Positions 29,471 to 44,992 of a stretch of DNA of 64,000 nucleotides are shown one piece after another. How positions within the stretch are numbered: position 1 is the first letter of the stretch; each line of letters opens with the position of its first letter. Origin of the DNA: Octopus vulgaris (lineage: Eukaryota); the NCBI GenBank assembly GCA_951406725.2, contig OX597832.1, positions 17,422,001 to 17,486,000 on the forward strand. Reading direction: 5' to 3'. The position numbers and the translations under genes were made by a program. Under the pieces are notes generated by a model, which saw only the letters and a list, made by a program, of their open reading frames with translations, ran no database searches and had not been told where the DNA came from.

Positions 29471-30417
29471 GCAATATTTGAAGCAACTGTAAGCAGAACA
29501 ACAACAACAACAACAGTGTAAATAACAACATTAAGGGAATCAGTTACAACAACCAAAACTACAACAGGGACGACGACACGATGACTCTCATAAAAATACA
29601 AGTGTTATAACAATGATCGAATTACAATCGTATTGAATAATTATTAGCAATCACCCTATACACCCTGTCCTGCACACACCACATATACACACACATACAC
29701 CTACAGATATACACGCTCATACACAGACTCAGTCGCTGGTCACCATTGCCGCAGGCGTCGCCCCGTCACCTCCATAACCATCTATAGCATGTACAGCAAT
29801 AACAGGGACAATGGCAACAACACTATTGTTTTGTTCATGCTATTGTCATTGAAAATAATAGGGGTGGAATGTTTAGGGTGTTGCGAGAGCGGGTCAGAGA
29901 GGTTGAGCTGGCTTTTGTCCGGGTTTAAACAAGAGGATATTGTGCGCTCCTGCGCACATGTGTATGCATTTGAGTCTATGTGTGTGTGTGTGAGAGAGAG
30001 AAAGAGAGAGAGAGACAGAGAGAAAGAGAGAGAATGTGTAAATAAGGGAAAGAGAGAGTGAAAGAAAGAACGTAGAATGGCGGATATACTCGCTGACATG
30101 AACATATAGTTTGCAAAGTCTAATAAACAGTGATGGACAGAGCCCGCTTACATACATACATGCATACATACATACATACATAAATGCATGCATACATACA
30201 TGGATACATGCATACATACATACATATATACATACATATATACATACATACATGCATGAATGCATGCATGCTTACATAGTTATATATATATATATATACG
30301 TGTGTATGTATATGTGAGTATTTACAATATATACGAATGTATGCATGTACGTCAATCAATCTATCAATTTATCTTTCCATCTATCCATCTATCTATCTAC
30401 ATATCTATCTATCTACA

Positions 30418-30450
<33 letters not shown>

Positions 30451-30467
30451 GTATGTCTCTCTGTCTG

Positions 30468-30540
<73 letters not shown>

Positions 30541-30595
30541 CTATATATATATATATATATATATATTCGCCGCGCGCACAACATACACAAACATG

Positions 30596-30679
<84 letters not shown>

Positions 30680-30915
30680 ATATACATATATATACATATA
30701 TGCAGGTCTTTTCAAGTGTATATACATGTTTATGTATGTTTATTTATGTACAGAGTGTATAGAGTAGAAGTGAGTAAGACAAGGAAACTCAATGAAAGAG
30801 TGGAAGTTTGATGCTAGAAACTGATAGACAGACAGACGGACGGACGGAAGGACGGATAGAGAGACAGACAGGCAAATAAACAGACAGACAGGCAGACAGA
30901 CAGATAGATAGATAT

Positions 30916-31011
<96 letters not shown>

Positions 31012-31379
31012 AACGATGGTTGGAGAATGAGATATAGAAAGAATAAGAAAGAGAGAGTGCTGCAAGTAAGATCAAGAATGGCACCATCCCCTGAAATTCG
31101 ACATTCCTTCTTCTGGAGACAATAGAGGGGGACGACACTGTTTGGAAGGGAAGTGAGTGATAAAGGAAGGCTCTGCGGGCAACAGAAAAGGGGAACAAGG
31201 GTGGTGACTGGCCAAATTACGTTACACTGTTTGCACGGAGACTCTATACACATGCATCTTATTACACTTTCTTGATTTGATTTTCTTCATTCATACAACC
31301 AGAACGCGAGTCCCACACTACCGAACACACACCCGTCATGTCACTGGTTTCCCATTGTTGTTATTTTCGATTTCGCTGC

Positions 31380-31396
31380 TATTGTTGTTATTATTA

Positions 31397-31455
<59 letters not shown>

Positions 31456-31456
31456 T

Positions 31457-31506
<50 letters not shown>

Positions 31507-31860
31507 GGTGGTGGTGGTGGTGGTAGTAGTAGTGGTGGTGGTGGTGGATGTGGTGGTGGTTATGGTGTTGGTGGTAGTAGTAGTGGTGGTGGTTGTGGTG
31601 GTGGTGGTGTTGGTGGTGGTTGTGGTGGTGGTGGTGGTTGTGGTAGTAGTTGTGGTGGTGGTGGTGGTGGTGGTGGTGGTGGAGGTGGTGGCGGTTGTGG
31701 TGGTGGTTGTGGTGGTGGTGGTGGTAGTAGTAGTGGTGGCGGTGGTGGCGGTAATAGTAGTGTTGGTGGTGGTGGTGGTTGTGGTGGTGGTTGTGGTGGT
31801 GGTTGTGGTGGTGGTTGTGGTGGTGGTGGTTGTGGTGGTTGTGGTGGTAGTGGTGGTGGT
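31380..31860. repeat. (ATT)n then (GTA/GTG/GTT)n tract
   Basis: Directly visible. Confidence 0.97.
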
Positions 31861-32492
31861 CCTTGTTTGAGCCATTCAGTGGGAAATGCAGTTTGTCATT
31901 ACGTCGTTATTTCATTAAGTAATTCGTTCGCCCGTTCGTTCATTCTTTCACATTTTCTCCTTCCGCCGTCACCGTCGTGGTCATCGTCTTTTTCTTCATT
32001 TTTGTTGTTGTTCTCGTTCCTATTGCCGTTATTGTTATTCTTGTTTTTGGCTTTGTTGTTGTTGTTAGTTGTGTGTTGCATTTTTTCATCTTTTTTTTTT
32101 TCGCTTATCTCTAGGTGAGCTCTGACTGTACAGATATTTGCATTAAAATCGCTCCAAACGTGATCATCCCCTCATGTTATTTATGTTCTCTGATTTCAGA
32201 ACCAAGAGTATTTGTTGACATCTTCATATTTTAAGTACGGTTAGTCTTTATTTTCAGAAGAAAATTACAGCACTTTTTGTCAAGCAGGTCAAGAAATATC
32301 TCCGAAGTACCATCTTTGATTCTTTTACTCGTTTCATTCGGGCATTTTTTCATTTATTCATTCTTCATGAACTCATTTTATTGTGTGATTTTGTCAGTAG
32401 TTTATACTTGCCTTCCTGATTTATTTGCAAAATTCATTCAGTTTCTCGTTCATGCGTTTCATTCATAGTCACATTATCCTTCATAAAATTCA

Positions 32493-32786
32493 TTTAACAG
32501 CCTGGGTTTCAAGGGCCCACAGCTTTTTAATATTCTCCCAAAGAGTCTGACAAACTTGCACATAGTAGATGTAGTGGTTTTTAAATTAAAGCTGGACATC
32601 TTCCTGTTGAGAGTCCCAGATGAACCTACCTCACGGCAAGCGGTGCAAATGAGAGTAGCTATATCAAACTCCATTCTTCACCAAGTGCCACATATTAGAG
32701 GAGGCTCTTCGTAATAACAGTGTAGCACAAAACGGCGGTGCATTAGCATGGCCGCAGCTCTGAGCTGAAACAAGAAAAACAAAAAA
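32493..32786 (+). mobile_element. 5'-truncated CR1/L2-group LINE 3' end (ORF2 C-terminus plus 3' UTR)
   Basis: 32493-32714 translates FNSLGFKGPQLFNILPKSLTNLHIVDVVVFKLKLDIFLLRVPDEP...SNSILHQVPHIRGGSS*, matching the GPxLFNxLP...FKxxLDxxL C-terminal signature; short A-rich tail. Confidence 0.75.
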
Positions 32787-32830
32787 CGATCTAATCACTA
32801 ATTCATCTTATTCTTTCCTTAATTATTATG

Positions 32831-33013
32831 AGGCGCAGGAGTGGCCGTGTGGTAAGTAGCTTGCTTACCAACCACATGGTTGTAGAATAAGACCGATAGA
32901 ATAAGTACTGGGCTTACAAAGAATAAGTCCTGGGGTCGATTTGCTCGACTAAAAGATGGTGCTCCAGCATAGCCGTAGTCAAATGACTGAAACAAGTAAA
33001 AGAATAAAAGAAT
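32831..33013 (+). mobile_element. SINE family B, internally deleted
   Basis: tRNA head joined directly to the 3' module gaccgatagaataagtac...gactgaaacaagtaaaagaataaaaga. Confidence 0.85.
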
Positions 33014-34381
33014 TTTATATCAATATTATTGCTAACTATTTACTCATTCATTGATAAATTCACCAGGTTTTCATTTACGAAATCCATTCAAAAATTCTCT
33101 CATTAATTCATGCAATCACTCACTCATTTAAATCTCTCATTCAATCTTAATGACATTCTTCTTCATGCATTAAATTATTCTTTCATTAGTTCATTCAGTC
33201 ACAGATTTTTATTAATTATTCAGTCATTATTTTATAGTTTTCATAATTCGTTACTTATTCATTGATGGATTCCTTCAACCTCATTCGCTCATTTAATTCC
33301 CCCATTCATTCATAAATATAAGAAAAGCATTTATTACATCGTTGTTACTGTTATCATTACCGAACACATTATAAAATCTGTAAAAGAATAGAGATTAATT
33401 CATGCTAACGCATAAATGAGAAAGGAAGAGGTGATAGATGAATAAGGAAGGAAGGGGTGATGGCAAACTGGTGGGATGCTGAACATTCAACGCTGAAAAG
33501 AAAAGTCAAACAGCGTTTCAACTCTGTGTGAGTATATGTGAATATATGTGTATATATGTGCGCGTGTACAAGGAAAGTATGTGAATGTATGTGAACATTG
33601 AGAAATATATTAATTTGATTTACCATCTATATTTTTGACGGTACGCGGCCAACTAGTTATGAAATAAACCATGACTATTGTAAAAGTTGGGACAAGCCAC
33701 CAGTGACCAATATTTCCGAAAAACTCAGAACGTAAAGACAGAGGAAATGCCGTTAAGCATTTCGCCCTGCGTGCTAACGATTCTTCCAGCCTGCCGCCCT
33801 TGACTGGTGAATATATTACCAACAAAATTAGAAGTTTGACCATTCGAAATAAGTGTCATCAGCTAGCTGCTTGTTTTTGCTTGTCACTAGAGTCTGTATT
33901 GTCTGTGAAAATAGCTTAGCATTTTCTGCAATGTTGCGAATCTTTTATTATTCATTGAGTGCGTGTGCGTGCGTGAGTGCATGTGAGTAAGTGCGTGATT
34001 GCGTATTAATTTTGGTAAAAAAAATATAATAGAAACAATCAAGCAATTAAAAAGGAAAAAAATGTGAGAGCATATGTCGTTATTTTAGAAAAGCATATTT
34101 GTTTTTGTAAAATATATATTCCTTTAGAAATCTGATCCTTCATTAAAAGTAAACCTCTCTCTAACTCTATCTGTCCATCAGTTTTTCTCTCTCTCTCCTG
34201 CTTTCTTTCACTCTCTCCTACTCTCTTTCTGTACGTGCATATGTGTTCATGTATGCGTTACTGTTCATGTGTGCATATATACGTATATGTACATACAGAT
34301 ACGCAAACGCACGCATATATATATATAGATAGACATATATATACATACACATAAATAAATGGAAACATACACTCATCTATT

Positions 34382-34415
<34 letters not shown>

Positions 34416-34459
34416 CGTGTGTGTGTATGCATGTATGTATATGTATATGTATATGTTTA

Positions 34460-34508
<49 letters not shown>

Positions 34509-35075
34509 ATTCACGTATTAATGATTCTACGCCTGGTAACATGTATATATTCATTGCAAAAATGTGTCAGTCTATTTTGTGTTTCACCCAGTAAAGGAGT
34601 CTTCAGGGATGTCGTGTACATGGTTATACATTTTTTACTAGTTTAACACATTCTTGGTTTATGCCTTTTGCATGATTGCATTTTGGTACCGTTTGGATTT
34701 GCAGCATGTTTCACATTTACAGAACCACAAATTCGCCGTTTCCCCTCTTCAGTTTATAAATTTCCCTTCGTTCTTCCTTTAATTTAAGTTCTACGGTAGC
34801 TAAATACAAAACAACATAAACTAATATTTACTTAGATTTATTTTTCTTATTTCATTTAAACAATAATTTCAAATACCAAGAGAGACGATTTCTGTGGAAA
34901 TAAACAACAATATTTTAGTTCAACTTAAGGCGGCGATCTGGCAGAATCGTTTATCACGGCGGGCAAAATGCTGGCCTTGTGTGAAAATTTGACACTGCGA
35001 AAAGCATATACACACTTACTAACCCACACATACACTCACACAAACGTACACACATATACATACATACATACGTGT

Positions 35076-35475
35076 GAGTGTGTTGTAAGAAGCTTGCTTT
35101 CCAACCACATGGTTCTGGGTTCAGTACCACTGCGTGGCACCTTGGGCAAGTGTCTTCTAGTATGGCCTCGAGACGACCAAAGCGTTGTGAGTGGATTTAG
35201 AAGACGGAAACTGAAAGAAGCCCGTCGTATATATATATGTAGGGGTGTAAATTTGTGTGTATGTGTCTGCATTTGTTCCCACCACCAGCACCAGCACCAT
35301 CTCTTGACAACCAATGGTGGTATTTTTACGTCCCCATAACTTAGCGGTTCGGCATAAGCGACCGATATGATAAGTACTAGGCTTACAAAGAATAAGTCCT
35401 GGGGTCGATTTGCTCGACTAAAGGCGATGCTCCATCATGGCCACAGTTAAATGACTGAAAGAAACAAAAGAATAG
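35076..35475 (+). mobile_element. SINE family B, full length
   Basis: Colinear with 28027-28450. Confidence 0.88.
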
Positions 35476-36965
35476 AAGACTATATATATATATGTATATT
35501 TGCAAATATGTATGAGTGTGTTTGCGTGCATGTATATGTATTCATGTACTTCTGTGTTCACATGTGCACATAAACAGTTCCATACAGAGCATGAGAGCGT
35601 AGTTGTGTGCAAATGAATTACCCGGAAAAAGTATAATATTAAAATATTTCCATTTTATGATTCGTAATTATGAAGTTAGAAACGTGAACCGATACTTTAA
35701 GAATATCTCTCAGAAAAATCACAAAATAACTTAACTGCTAAACATATATTGTTCGCGATAAATACACAGCATTAAATACAGTTGTATCATTGAAGAGTTC
35801 GGCAGTTGTTTTAACCAAGAAATACTTACACTTAATATCGCCCGATCATCTTTCAAGGTTTCCTTCTTTAAGGAATTAAGTTAAATATGTAAGTACTGTG
35901 TTGCAGGTAAGGAGCTGGGATTTTGTTATTATTGATATAGAGAGCATTAAGCATTTTAAGCAGTGCATTCTTTAAAACGAATGGTTTTGAGAAAGCATTT
36001 GCATTGGACAAACATCTTATAAAGTGTAATTGCGCAAACACTCAAGAACGCACACACATACACACATACACACACATGTACGCACACACAGAGATACACA
36101 ACCACACTCTTTCTCAAACACATATGCGCAGACTCATACACGTACAGACACACACACATGCATACGTGCATATATGTTTTTAGATACATTTTCGGATATT
36201 ATTGTTTATACATTGTCACGCTGCAACTAATCATCTATTGTTTTGGACAATCTGAAAACGTAAGAAAGAACTTGCAGATTATATTTAAAAATTGCTATAT
36301 AAAGCTACACACTTAAGTACATACACATGCACACGCTCACACATATTCATATGCATACTCATACAGATATTCACACAGATATACACACATATACACACAT
36401 TTTATAATAGTTGCAACAAATTTAATCTCATTCGCCGAAGACTTGGTGTTTGTATTCGTGCGTACCACTGTTTTACAGCATCTTTTATGCGTTAGCCTTG
36501 ACAACCATTAAACACAGACACATACACACACACGCATAGAGACCTACACACATACTAATCCAGATACATGTAACACACACATACGCACATATATACACAC
36601 ACGTACACACATATACGCACATCCGTGCAAACACACATATGCGCATATATATACACCCGAAAACATATACACCTACATACACACATACGTACATATACGA
36701 ATTCATAAACAGTTAAAAGCAAAACCGAGGAGACGCACGCATATTCCTGTTCAGACTCACACAAGCACACGCATACACACACGTGCTCACAAACGCATAT
36801 ACATACACGCATGTGCGTGGTCACACACACACATATACAGGTACACATATATGCTCACACATATACATGTACACTTATACACTCACACAATTATATAAGT
36901 GTATATATATATATATATTTATATGTATATATACACGTATATATATATGCATATATATATGTATG

Positions 36966-37019
<54 letters not shown>

Positions 37020-37027
37020 GTATATAT

Positions 37028-37094
<67 letters not shown>

Positions 37095-37114
37095 TGTGTG
37101 TATATATATGTTTG

Positions 37115-37147
<33 letters not shown>

Positions 37148-37824
37148 AACTAAAATTATGACAAAGTTGCTATTTACATCTCATAGCGTAAAAGATAGAT
37201 TATTTATGTATTTTTATATCAGGGCAAAGCCATTGCGAATGAGAGGTGTAAGCTGTGTGAGATAAACCGAAGTATTTGCATATAGATTCCAATATTGATA
37301 TCTCCACACAATATAACAGAAGATGATCAATATTCAAATGTTTTGTCCACTTTTGTCACGTGGCTTGCTGATAACATTTTGGAATCGAGGTTAAATTGTA
37401 TCAGTATATGTGTGTGCTGGCGATGGTGGTGGTGGTAGTGGTAATGGTGGTGTTGGTGAAGGTACGGTGGGATGGCGCAGGAGGTGGCGGCGGTGGTGGT
37501 GATGGTGGTGGAGCTGGTGCAGGTAATGATACTGATGGTTGTGGTGGTGCGATTCGGAGGAGTTTTGGTGATGGTATTCGTGGTGGTGGTGGCGTTGGTG
37601 GTGGTGGTGCTGGTGGCGGTAGTAATGATGATGAAGTTGCTAAGAATGTGGTGGTAGTGTCAGAATTAATGGGGATGCTGATAACGGTGAAGGAGTTTAG
37701 TGGTGGTGGTTGTAATGATTGCGGTGGTGGATGCAATGATGGTGTTCGAATTGCGCTTTTGTAAATGGTTCTGGTGATAGCATAACACAGTGGATTGTGA
37801 TTCTGTTGGTTATAGTTTATCTCT

Positions 37825-38350
37825 AAGTTGTTTCAGTCACTAGCTGCGACCATGCTGGGGCACTGTCCCTGTGGATTTGCTGGAACAAACCGGTTTCAGT
37901 AAAACGTCTGGCCGTGTTGCTTTCTTTTTACTTCGCTTTCTTTTTACCGAACCTCTTGTATTATGAGAACCTGAACAAATACGCAATGGGTTTCAAGCGG
38001 TGGTGAGGGACAAATACAAACTATCTCTCAAACACTCACGCACATACACACATGTATACACACACACACAAACCCACACACGCACATACACATACACATA
38101 CATGCACACACACACACACACACATGCATATACACACGCAAACCCCCACACGCACACACAAAGACACATGCATACACACACAAATGCACATACACATAAG
38201 CACGTCGGGTTTCTTTCAGTTTCCCATCCACTCACAAGGCTTTTGTCGGTCCGCCTCTGGTTCTGATACAATACCCTTGCTCTAGGAGCCACGCAGTGGG
38301 GCTGAACCAGAGAACTATTTAGCTGCGATGCAAACCTCTTACCACGCACC
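37825..38350 (-). mobile_element. Diverged SINE family B relative
   Basis: Reverse complement of ...aaactgaaagaa.cccgacg and of the tail cagcatggtcgcagc...gactgaaacaa; expanded internal (CA)n. Confidence 0.65.
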
Positions 38351-39350
38351 TACTCCAGTTATGGGATCAAAATATTGTGGTGGTGTTGATGTTGATGATG
38401 AAAGTGGTGGTGGTGGCGGTGGTGGTTGTAGTGGTGGCGATGGTAGTCTTTGTGGTGGTAGCGATAGTAGTTGTAGGAGTGATTATGTTGTGGAGGGGGT
38501 CAATATTGGAAGCGTTGATGGTGATGTTTGTATACGTTCATTTGGGGCGGTGGTAATATAGTTGATGACAGTATTAGTAACTACATATTTAGTAGCATTT
38601 GCAGTGATAGTAGACGGTAGTGATGATGGTGGTGGCGGTGGTGGTGATGATATTGATAATGGTAGTGGCGGCGGCGGCTGGGGTAGTGGCGGTTGTCATC
38701 GTCGTTTTTATGGTTGTTGTGTAGAAGATGGTTTTCAAGTCGGTTTATTTTCAGTGTGGTTTTTGCCCCAGTTTAGATAGTTGAATAGAGCTATAATTAA
38801 AGGCATTCCAGACGTATCCATCTTTTCTATTTAGCTAGACACACCGCATGCATCTTCTACCAGATTCTCCTCTGTCTTCCTAATTTTTTTTTTAAACGTT
38901 TGGGTGTGAATTGCGTGAGATTTGGCTGGCTATACAAACAAAGAGGTTAAGTACATTGAGAATCCAGTTTGGAAAATTTTTACCCCAATACTTGCCAGGT
39001 ACTATATCTAAATTTATTTACCTTCTGTTCCACCGTTAACACATTGAGTGCTATGCATACAATATATGTATACACACACTTTACAAATGTGCCGCCTCTA
39101 ATATATTGTATTCATGTTTTCTCATCGAGAAATGAACTATATACAGCTATTGTATACAACTTAAATACTATACGAATTTGAAAAAAAACGAACTAAATGT
39201 GGTACACGGGACCAATTTACACATTTCTCCTTGGCACTCAATGTGATAAATGAATTATTGTTAAGTATATCGTTCAGATTTACAGAAAACAAATGTCGAG
39301 AGAACAACAAGCAAGAGTATTAGTTTGACGCTAGAGAGGAATGGAAAACT

Positions 39351-39386
39351 CTTTGACGATTCGAGCCTACGCTTTTCGACAGAAAG
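39351..39386 (-). ncRNA. Degenerate minimal hammerhead (likely the same family as 55183)
   Basis: Minus strand: CUUU-CUGUCGA-AAAGC(GUAG)GCUC-GAAU-CGUC-AAAG; perfect stem I, two core substitutions. Confidence 0.5.
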
Positions 39387-40195
39387 GTTTGAGATGGGAA
39401 AAATGGAGAGAGAACAAAGAAAAGAAGAGCGAAAAACAAAAGAACCTGAGAGAGAATGTATTAAAATTAATGGTTCAACATAATGAAATGGTCGATATTG
39501 TACATAAATATCGAATTCGTATCCTACATTAGAAACTGGATGTATGGTACTGCCTTTGCGTCAGAAATTTTCAGTTTGATCAATCTCCTAGGAATTGTGT
39601 TTTATGCCGTTAAAGACATGGATATTATGATGTTTATAGTGTGCAGAAGATATGATAATGTGTACGTGTATGCATTTCATAAATGAATTAACTATAAGTA
39701 AAAGTTTACACGACTTTAAACTAAGAATGTAAGCAAGTTTGTGCTTCTAAAAGTGCAAAATTTGCTAATTGTATGATTATATATTATGCATAAATAATTT
39801 TAAATATAGGGTATTATTCCACATTCACACTAACAAGAATATCTTACACAGATACTTGATATTCAGACACATGCAAATACACGCATATATGCATATATAG
39901 ACACAACAAAGAACGAACATATACGCATTTGCCGTACGTATGTGCGTATATACATGTTTCCCAGTTGGGAAATCCCTGCTAAGAAGAGCATTTGTATTCT
40001 CTTCCACAAATGAGACACTACGGAGAATAGTCTGTAAAATGAGGCGATCGTTATCAATGGATATTTGGAACTGTTTATTAGAGTGAGTTATATCTGAGCA
40101 GAGACACAAATAGTACAACAAATATAACCGAAAATAAATCCGTTGCAAATACACAAATCATACGTAAAATAATTTTCATGAATCAAATGCATAAC

Positions 40196-40590
40196 ATCAG
40201 TCGAACAGACGAATACATAATGAAAATCCCCTTGAAACGAAAACCAAAATGCACCACGCCAAACCATTAACAAAAACGAACAGTATACAAGAAAAGCATC
40301 AAATCTAAACCCTCATGAATAACACTCTATGGTACACATCCACGAGAAATAACAAATGCTCAGTACGGGGACAAGATTAAAATTGTAAACTTTATGAGTC
40401 CAGCTGTTATATTGGACAAACCATAATACTCGGTGACGTTCAACGTCAGAGACGGCTGGGAGGAGAAACAGTGGAGAGGAGTTATACGGAAGCATTGAGT
40501 TCGAAAGATGTTGCTGAGCATATGCGCCGAGCACAACCTGCTGACTACCAATACAATCTTGTATATATATATACATACATATATAAATAC

Positions 40591-40684
<94 letters not shown>

Positions 40685-40761
40685 CGTATGTATATATATA
40701 TATATATATACACACCCTTCGTTTCAAGGGGATTTTCATTATGTATTCGTCTGTTCGACTG

Positions 40762-40763
<2 letters not shown>
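40196..40763. repeat. Perfect 46-bp inverted repeat about 480 bp apart
   Basis: 40196-40241 atcagtcgaacagacgaatacataatgaaaatccccttgaaacgaa is the exact reverse complement of 40718-40763. Confidence 0.9.
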
Positions 40764-40793
<30 letters not shown>

Positions 40794-40914
40794 GAGGGCA
40801 TTATTACACATAAATGCCACACGCTAGGAGGGACTTTCAAAGTCATTACTACCAAAAATAAACGGATCGTCCCAAATACAGCTCTCGAAGCAAGACATTT
40901 AAAAACAGAATTTA

Positions 40915-40978
40915 GTTCCAGATCACTTGTGATTTCGCAATTAACGTATCATTTACGTCTTTTGTTCATCAGTGAAAC
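40915..40978 (-). ncRNA. Type I hammerhead ribozyme, canonical core
   Basis: Minus strand: GUUUCA-CUGAUGA-ACAA-AA-GACGUA(AAUGA)UACGUU-AA-UUGC-GAAA-UCAC(AA)GUGA-UC-UGGAAC; 6-bp stem I, AUC triplet. Confidence 0.8.
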
Positions 40979-41179
40979 ATATTCAGAACACATCAAAAAT
41001 AAACAAAACCAAACATACCTAGCGGAACCGAACAGACAACCGTCGCCTCTACCGTAGCACATGGAAGTGTTTATTCATCATATATTCGTGTAAATGGCGG
41101 GCTTTTTCGAACTGCATTTCGGGGGATATGTGTTTCATCGGAACAAATTTAACAATTAAGGATAAAATCTTAATAAGAA

Positions 41180-41353
<174 letters not shown>

Positions 41354-41599
41354 TTGTTGTTTGTGTCTGTGGTTGTCCCCCACCATCGCTTGAGAACCGA
41401 TGCAGGTTTGTTTACGTCCCCATCACTCTGGGACTATGTGGTTGCAAAGCAAGCTTCTTACCACACACCTACGCCTATATATAGATATTTAAATCACAAT
41501 ATATGGATTGAGGTAATCCGGTTGCATATATATATATAAATATATATCTATATACACACATATATATATATGTATATATATGTACATATATATATATAC

Positions 41600-41655
<56 letters not shown>

Positions 41656-41974
41656 GTATATATATATATGTATGTATGTATATAAGTATTCGTCTCCTCT
41701 TTAACACCGAATGTGAATCTCTATGCAAAAATCAAAGAAACCAGGTTCTCTTCTACGAAAGTAAATGCGATCATCTGCCTTAGTGTACGACACTACAAAC
41801 ACAACATGATTATATATATATATGGTAACACGTTTGCCAGCTAAACAAGAGACAGGTAGTTCTCTTCCTATTATCGGTTGCATTATTCATTTTTATCACT
41901 GAAACGAAGTCCAATAATGTTTAAATATTTGCATTGCGCTCTTAGTTGTTCCATAATCATTTCTTCACATTATA

Positions 41975-42031
<57 letters not shown>

Positions 42032-42074
42032 ATATATATATATATATGTATGTATGTATATGTGTTTGTATATA

Positions 42075-42111
<37 letters not shown>

Positions 42112-43251
42112 TATATGTGTGTGTTTGTGTATATAAATATATACATATATGTGCGTGTAGACATATAAATATATATATATGTACGTATATTGTGTGTGAG
42201 TGTGTGTGTCTGCGATAAGTAGATATGATGGCGCCAGGGGTGAAACAGTCGTCAACGGTTCAATATATTCATAGAATGAAAAGGCGAAAGATTTCTGAGA
42301 ACACGAGAGAAGAAAATGGTTTAAAGGGAAGGAAATTGTTAGGTGAAAGAAGAAACTTGATGAAAACCAGGAAGACAGTCATACAAAGTCATCACTGCAC
42401 ACGCAAAGACAGAGAAGTATAAATACATATACAAAATAATAGACACACATACTCAAGCGTATACGAACATACACAGAAATACACGCACGCTTACATGTTC
42501 ACGTATCTGTGTATGTATATAAGTATATATACACATGCGATTATAGGTTGTTTGGCACTTTAATTTCCTTCTATGTATTTTAATTTCTGTGTGTGAACTT
42601 GTGTGTGTCTATATATGTCTATATATGGCTATATATGTGTGTCTATATATGTATGTGTGTCTATATATGTGTGTCTATATATATGTGTCTATATATATGT
42701 CCATATAAGTGTTTATATATATATGCCTCTATATATGTGTCTATATATATGTGTGTCTATATATGTCTATATATGTCTCACATCGAGATTTTTCATAAAA
42801 ATGTTTGTGTGTGTGGGAGAGTATGTATGTATATATGTATGTATGTTTGCATGCGTGGGTGCGTGCGTGTGTATGTGCGTGTGTATGTGTATATGCGTGT
42901 AAATTTGAAAGAATATTTTGATATATGCGTGTATTATACTAGATGTATATGCATATACATACATATATACATAACACACACACTGACACACATACACACA
43001 CACACACACACACATATATATTTATATAATACAGATAATATATGCATCTACGTGTATTACTATATAGGTACATATATACGTATGTATATATGTATACACA
43101 TGTTTATATTTATATACATATATACGTCTATATCTGTTTGTGCATGTGTATATGTGTGTAAGTGCATTTATATATACACACAGACACACATACATATTAT
43201 ATTAAGATGCAGATATGTGCATATATATACACATATATATATAAGCATACG

Positions 43252-43331
<80 letters not shown>

Positions 43332-43943
43332 TATATTCGTACATGTACATATACAAGCAACACTCATGCATATTGATATATAAAAATACACGGCAAACTG
43401 CGCTAAAGTTTCTGATATAAAACGAGAAAACTAAAATACAAATAAATAAGCGAATACATAAATAAATAATAAAATTTCAGAAAAAGTGAAGAAATGGCGG
43501 TGACACCCAAAAGTCTTGGTAATGGCATAAGATGTTTAGCGCTAAAGTGAAAGCAAAAGAGGAAACAATAGACGTAAAATCTACCAGTATATATGGAAGG
43601 AAGGAATTATTCTGGAGATTTCGTCAACTTCGTGATCTGTGCGTTATCTCGACAAATATTAGCCACAACTTCCCCTCGAGGAATTTTTTAGCAACTTACA
43701 ATTTCTTATATTATATAAAACCGAATAGATCTTTCATGTAAGAAAAATTATCGTGATGTTTAAAACGTGATATGCCCACGGAATATTACAGATAATACCG
43801 TACAATTTATTCATTCTACTACTACTACTACTACTACTACTACTAACACCACCACCACCACCAACCACCACCATAGGTATCACACTTGTCATTATTATGA
43901 TTTAACTGTATTAATATAGTTGAAGCAGTTATTATTATTATTA

Positions 43944-44005
<62 letters not shown>

Positions 44006-44133
44006 ATCATTATTATTATTAATAGATGTTTTTTTTTACTAGATACGCCCTCTCCCTGAAAATATGGTGCCAGCTTCCTATTTCTGAAATCATTTTCGTC
44101 AGAATAGAATTTAAGTTTTCTGTAGTTGTTGAG

Positions 44134-44205
<72 letters not shown>

Positions 44206-44207
44206 GC

Positions 44208-44282
<75 letters not shown>

Positions 44283-44366
44283 TATTATTATTATCATTAT
44301 TATTGGTGCTGTTGTTGTTGTTGTTTTGTTTTTGTTGTTGTTGTTGTTATTACTATTATTATCAGA

Positions 44367-44580
44367 GGTGGTGAGCTGGCAGAATCGCTAGCACACCGGG
44401 CAAAATGTTTAGCGGCGTTTCGTCCATCTTTATTTTCTAAGTTCGAATTCCACCGAGCTCGACTTTGCCTTTCACTCTATCAGGATCGATGAAACAGGTA
44501 CCATTCAAGTACTGGGGTCGAAGTAATCGGCTTACTCCTTCCCCCGTAATTGTAGGTCTTGTGCCTATAGTAGAAAGTAT
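44367..44580 (+). mobile_element. SINE family A copy in (ATT)n
   Basis: ggtggtgagctggcagaatcg head and family A core. Confidence 0.85.
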
Positions 44581-44932
44581 TATTGTCATTATCATCATCA
44601 TTATTATTATTATTGAGTGAGAGAGCAGCGCATGCCATCAAAGTGACACTGGAGTAAAATATACGAAGCTCAGTATACCCATCATGACTACCCGCAGTTT
44701 TTGCGTGTTTTCGGCTTCAGAGATAGAGAAAAATAGGGTTTGGTTCGAGACTGAAGAGGGGAAGAAACTTACTTCATGGGGAGAAAATCACTGAAAGAGA
44801 GATTAGAAAAATCTTTTTTTATATATACTTATGTTATTATGAGAGTAGATATTTCTATATAATTCATTCTGATATTTTTGTTTTTGCCTTTGCTGTCCTA
44901 TACATACACACATACATACATACATACATACA

Positions 44933-44992
<60 letters not shown>

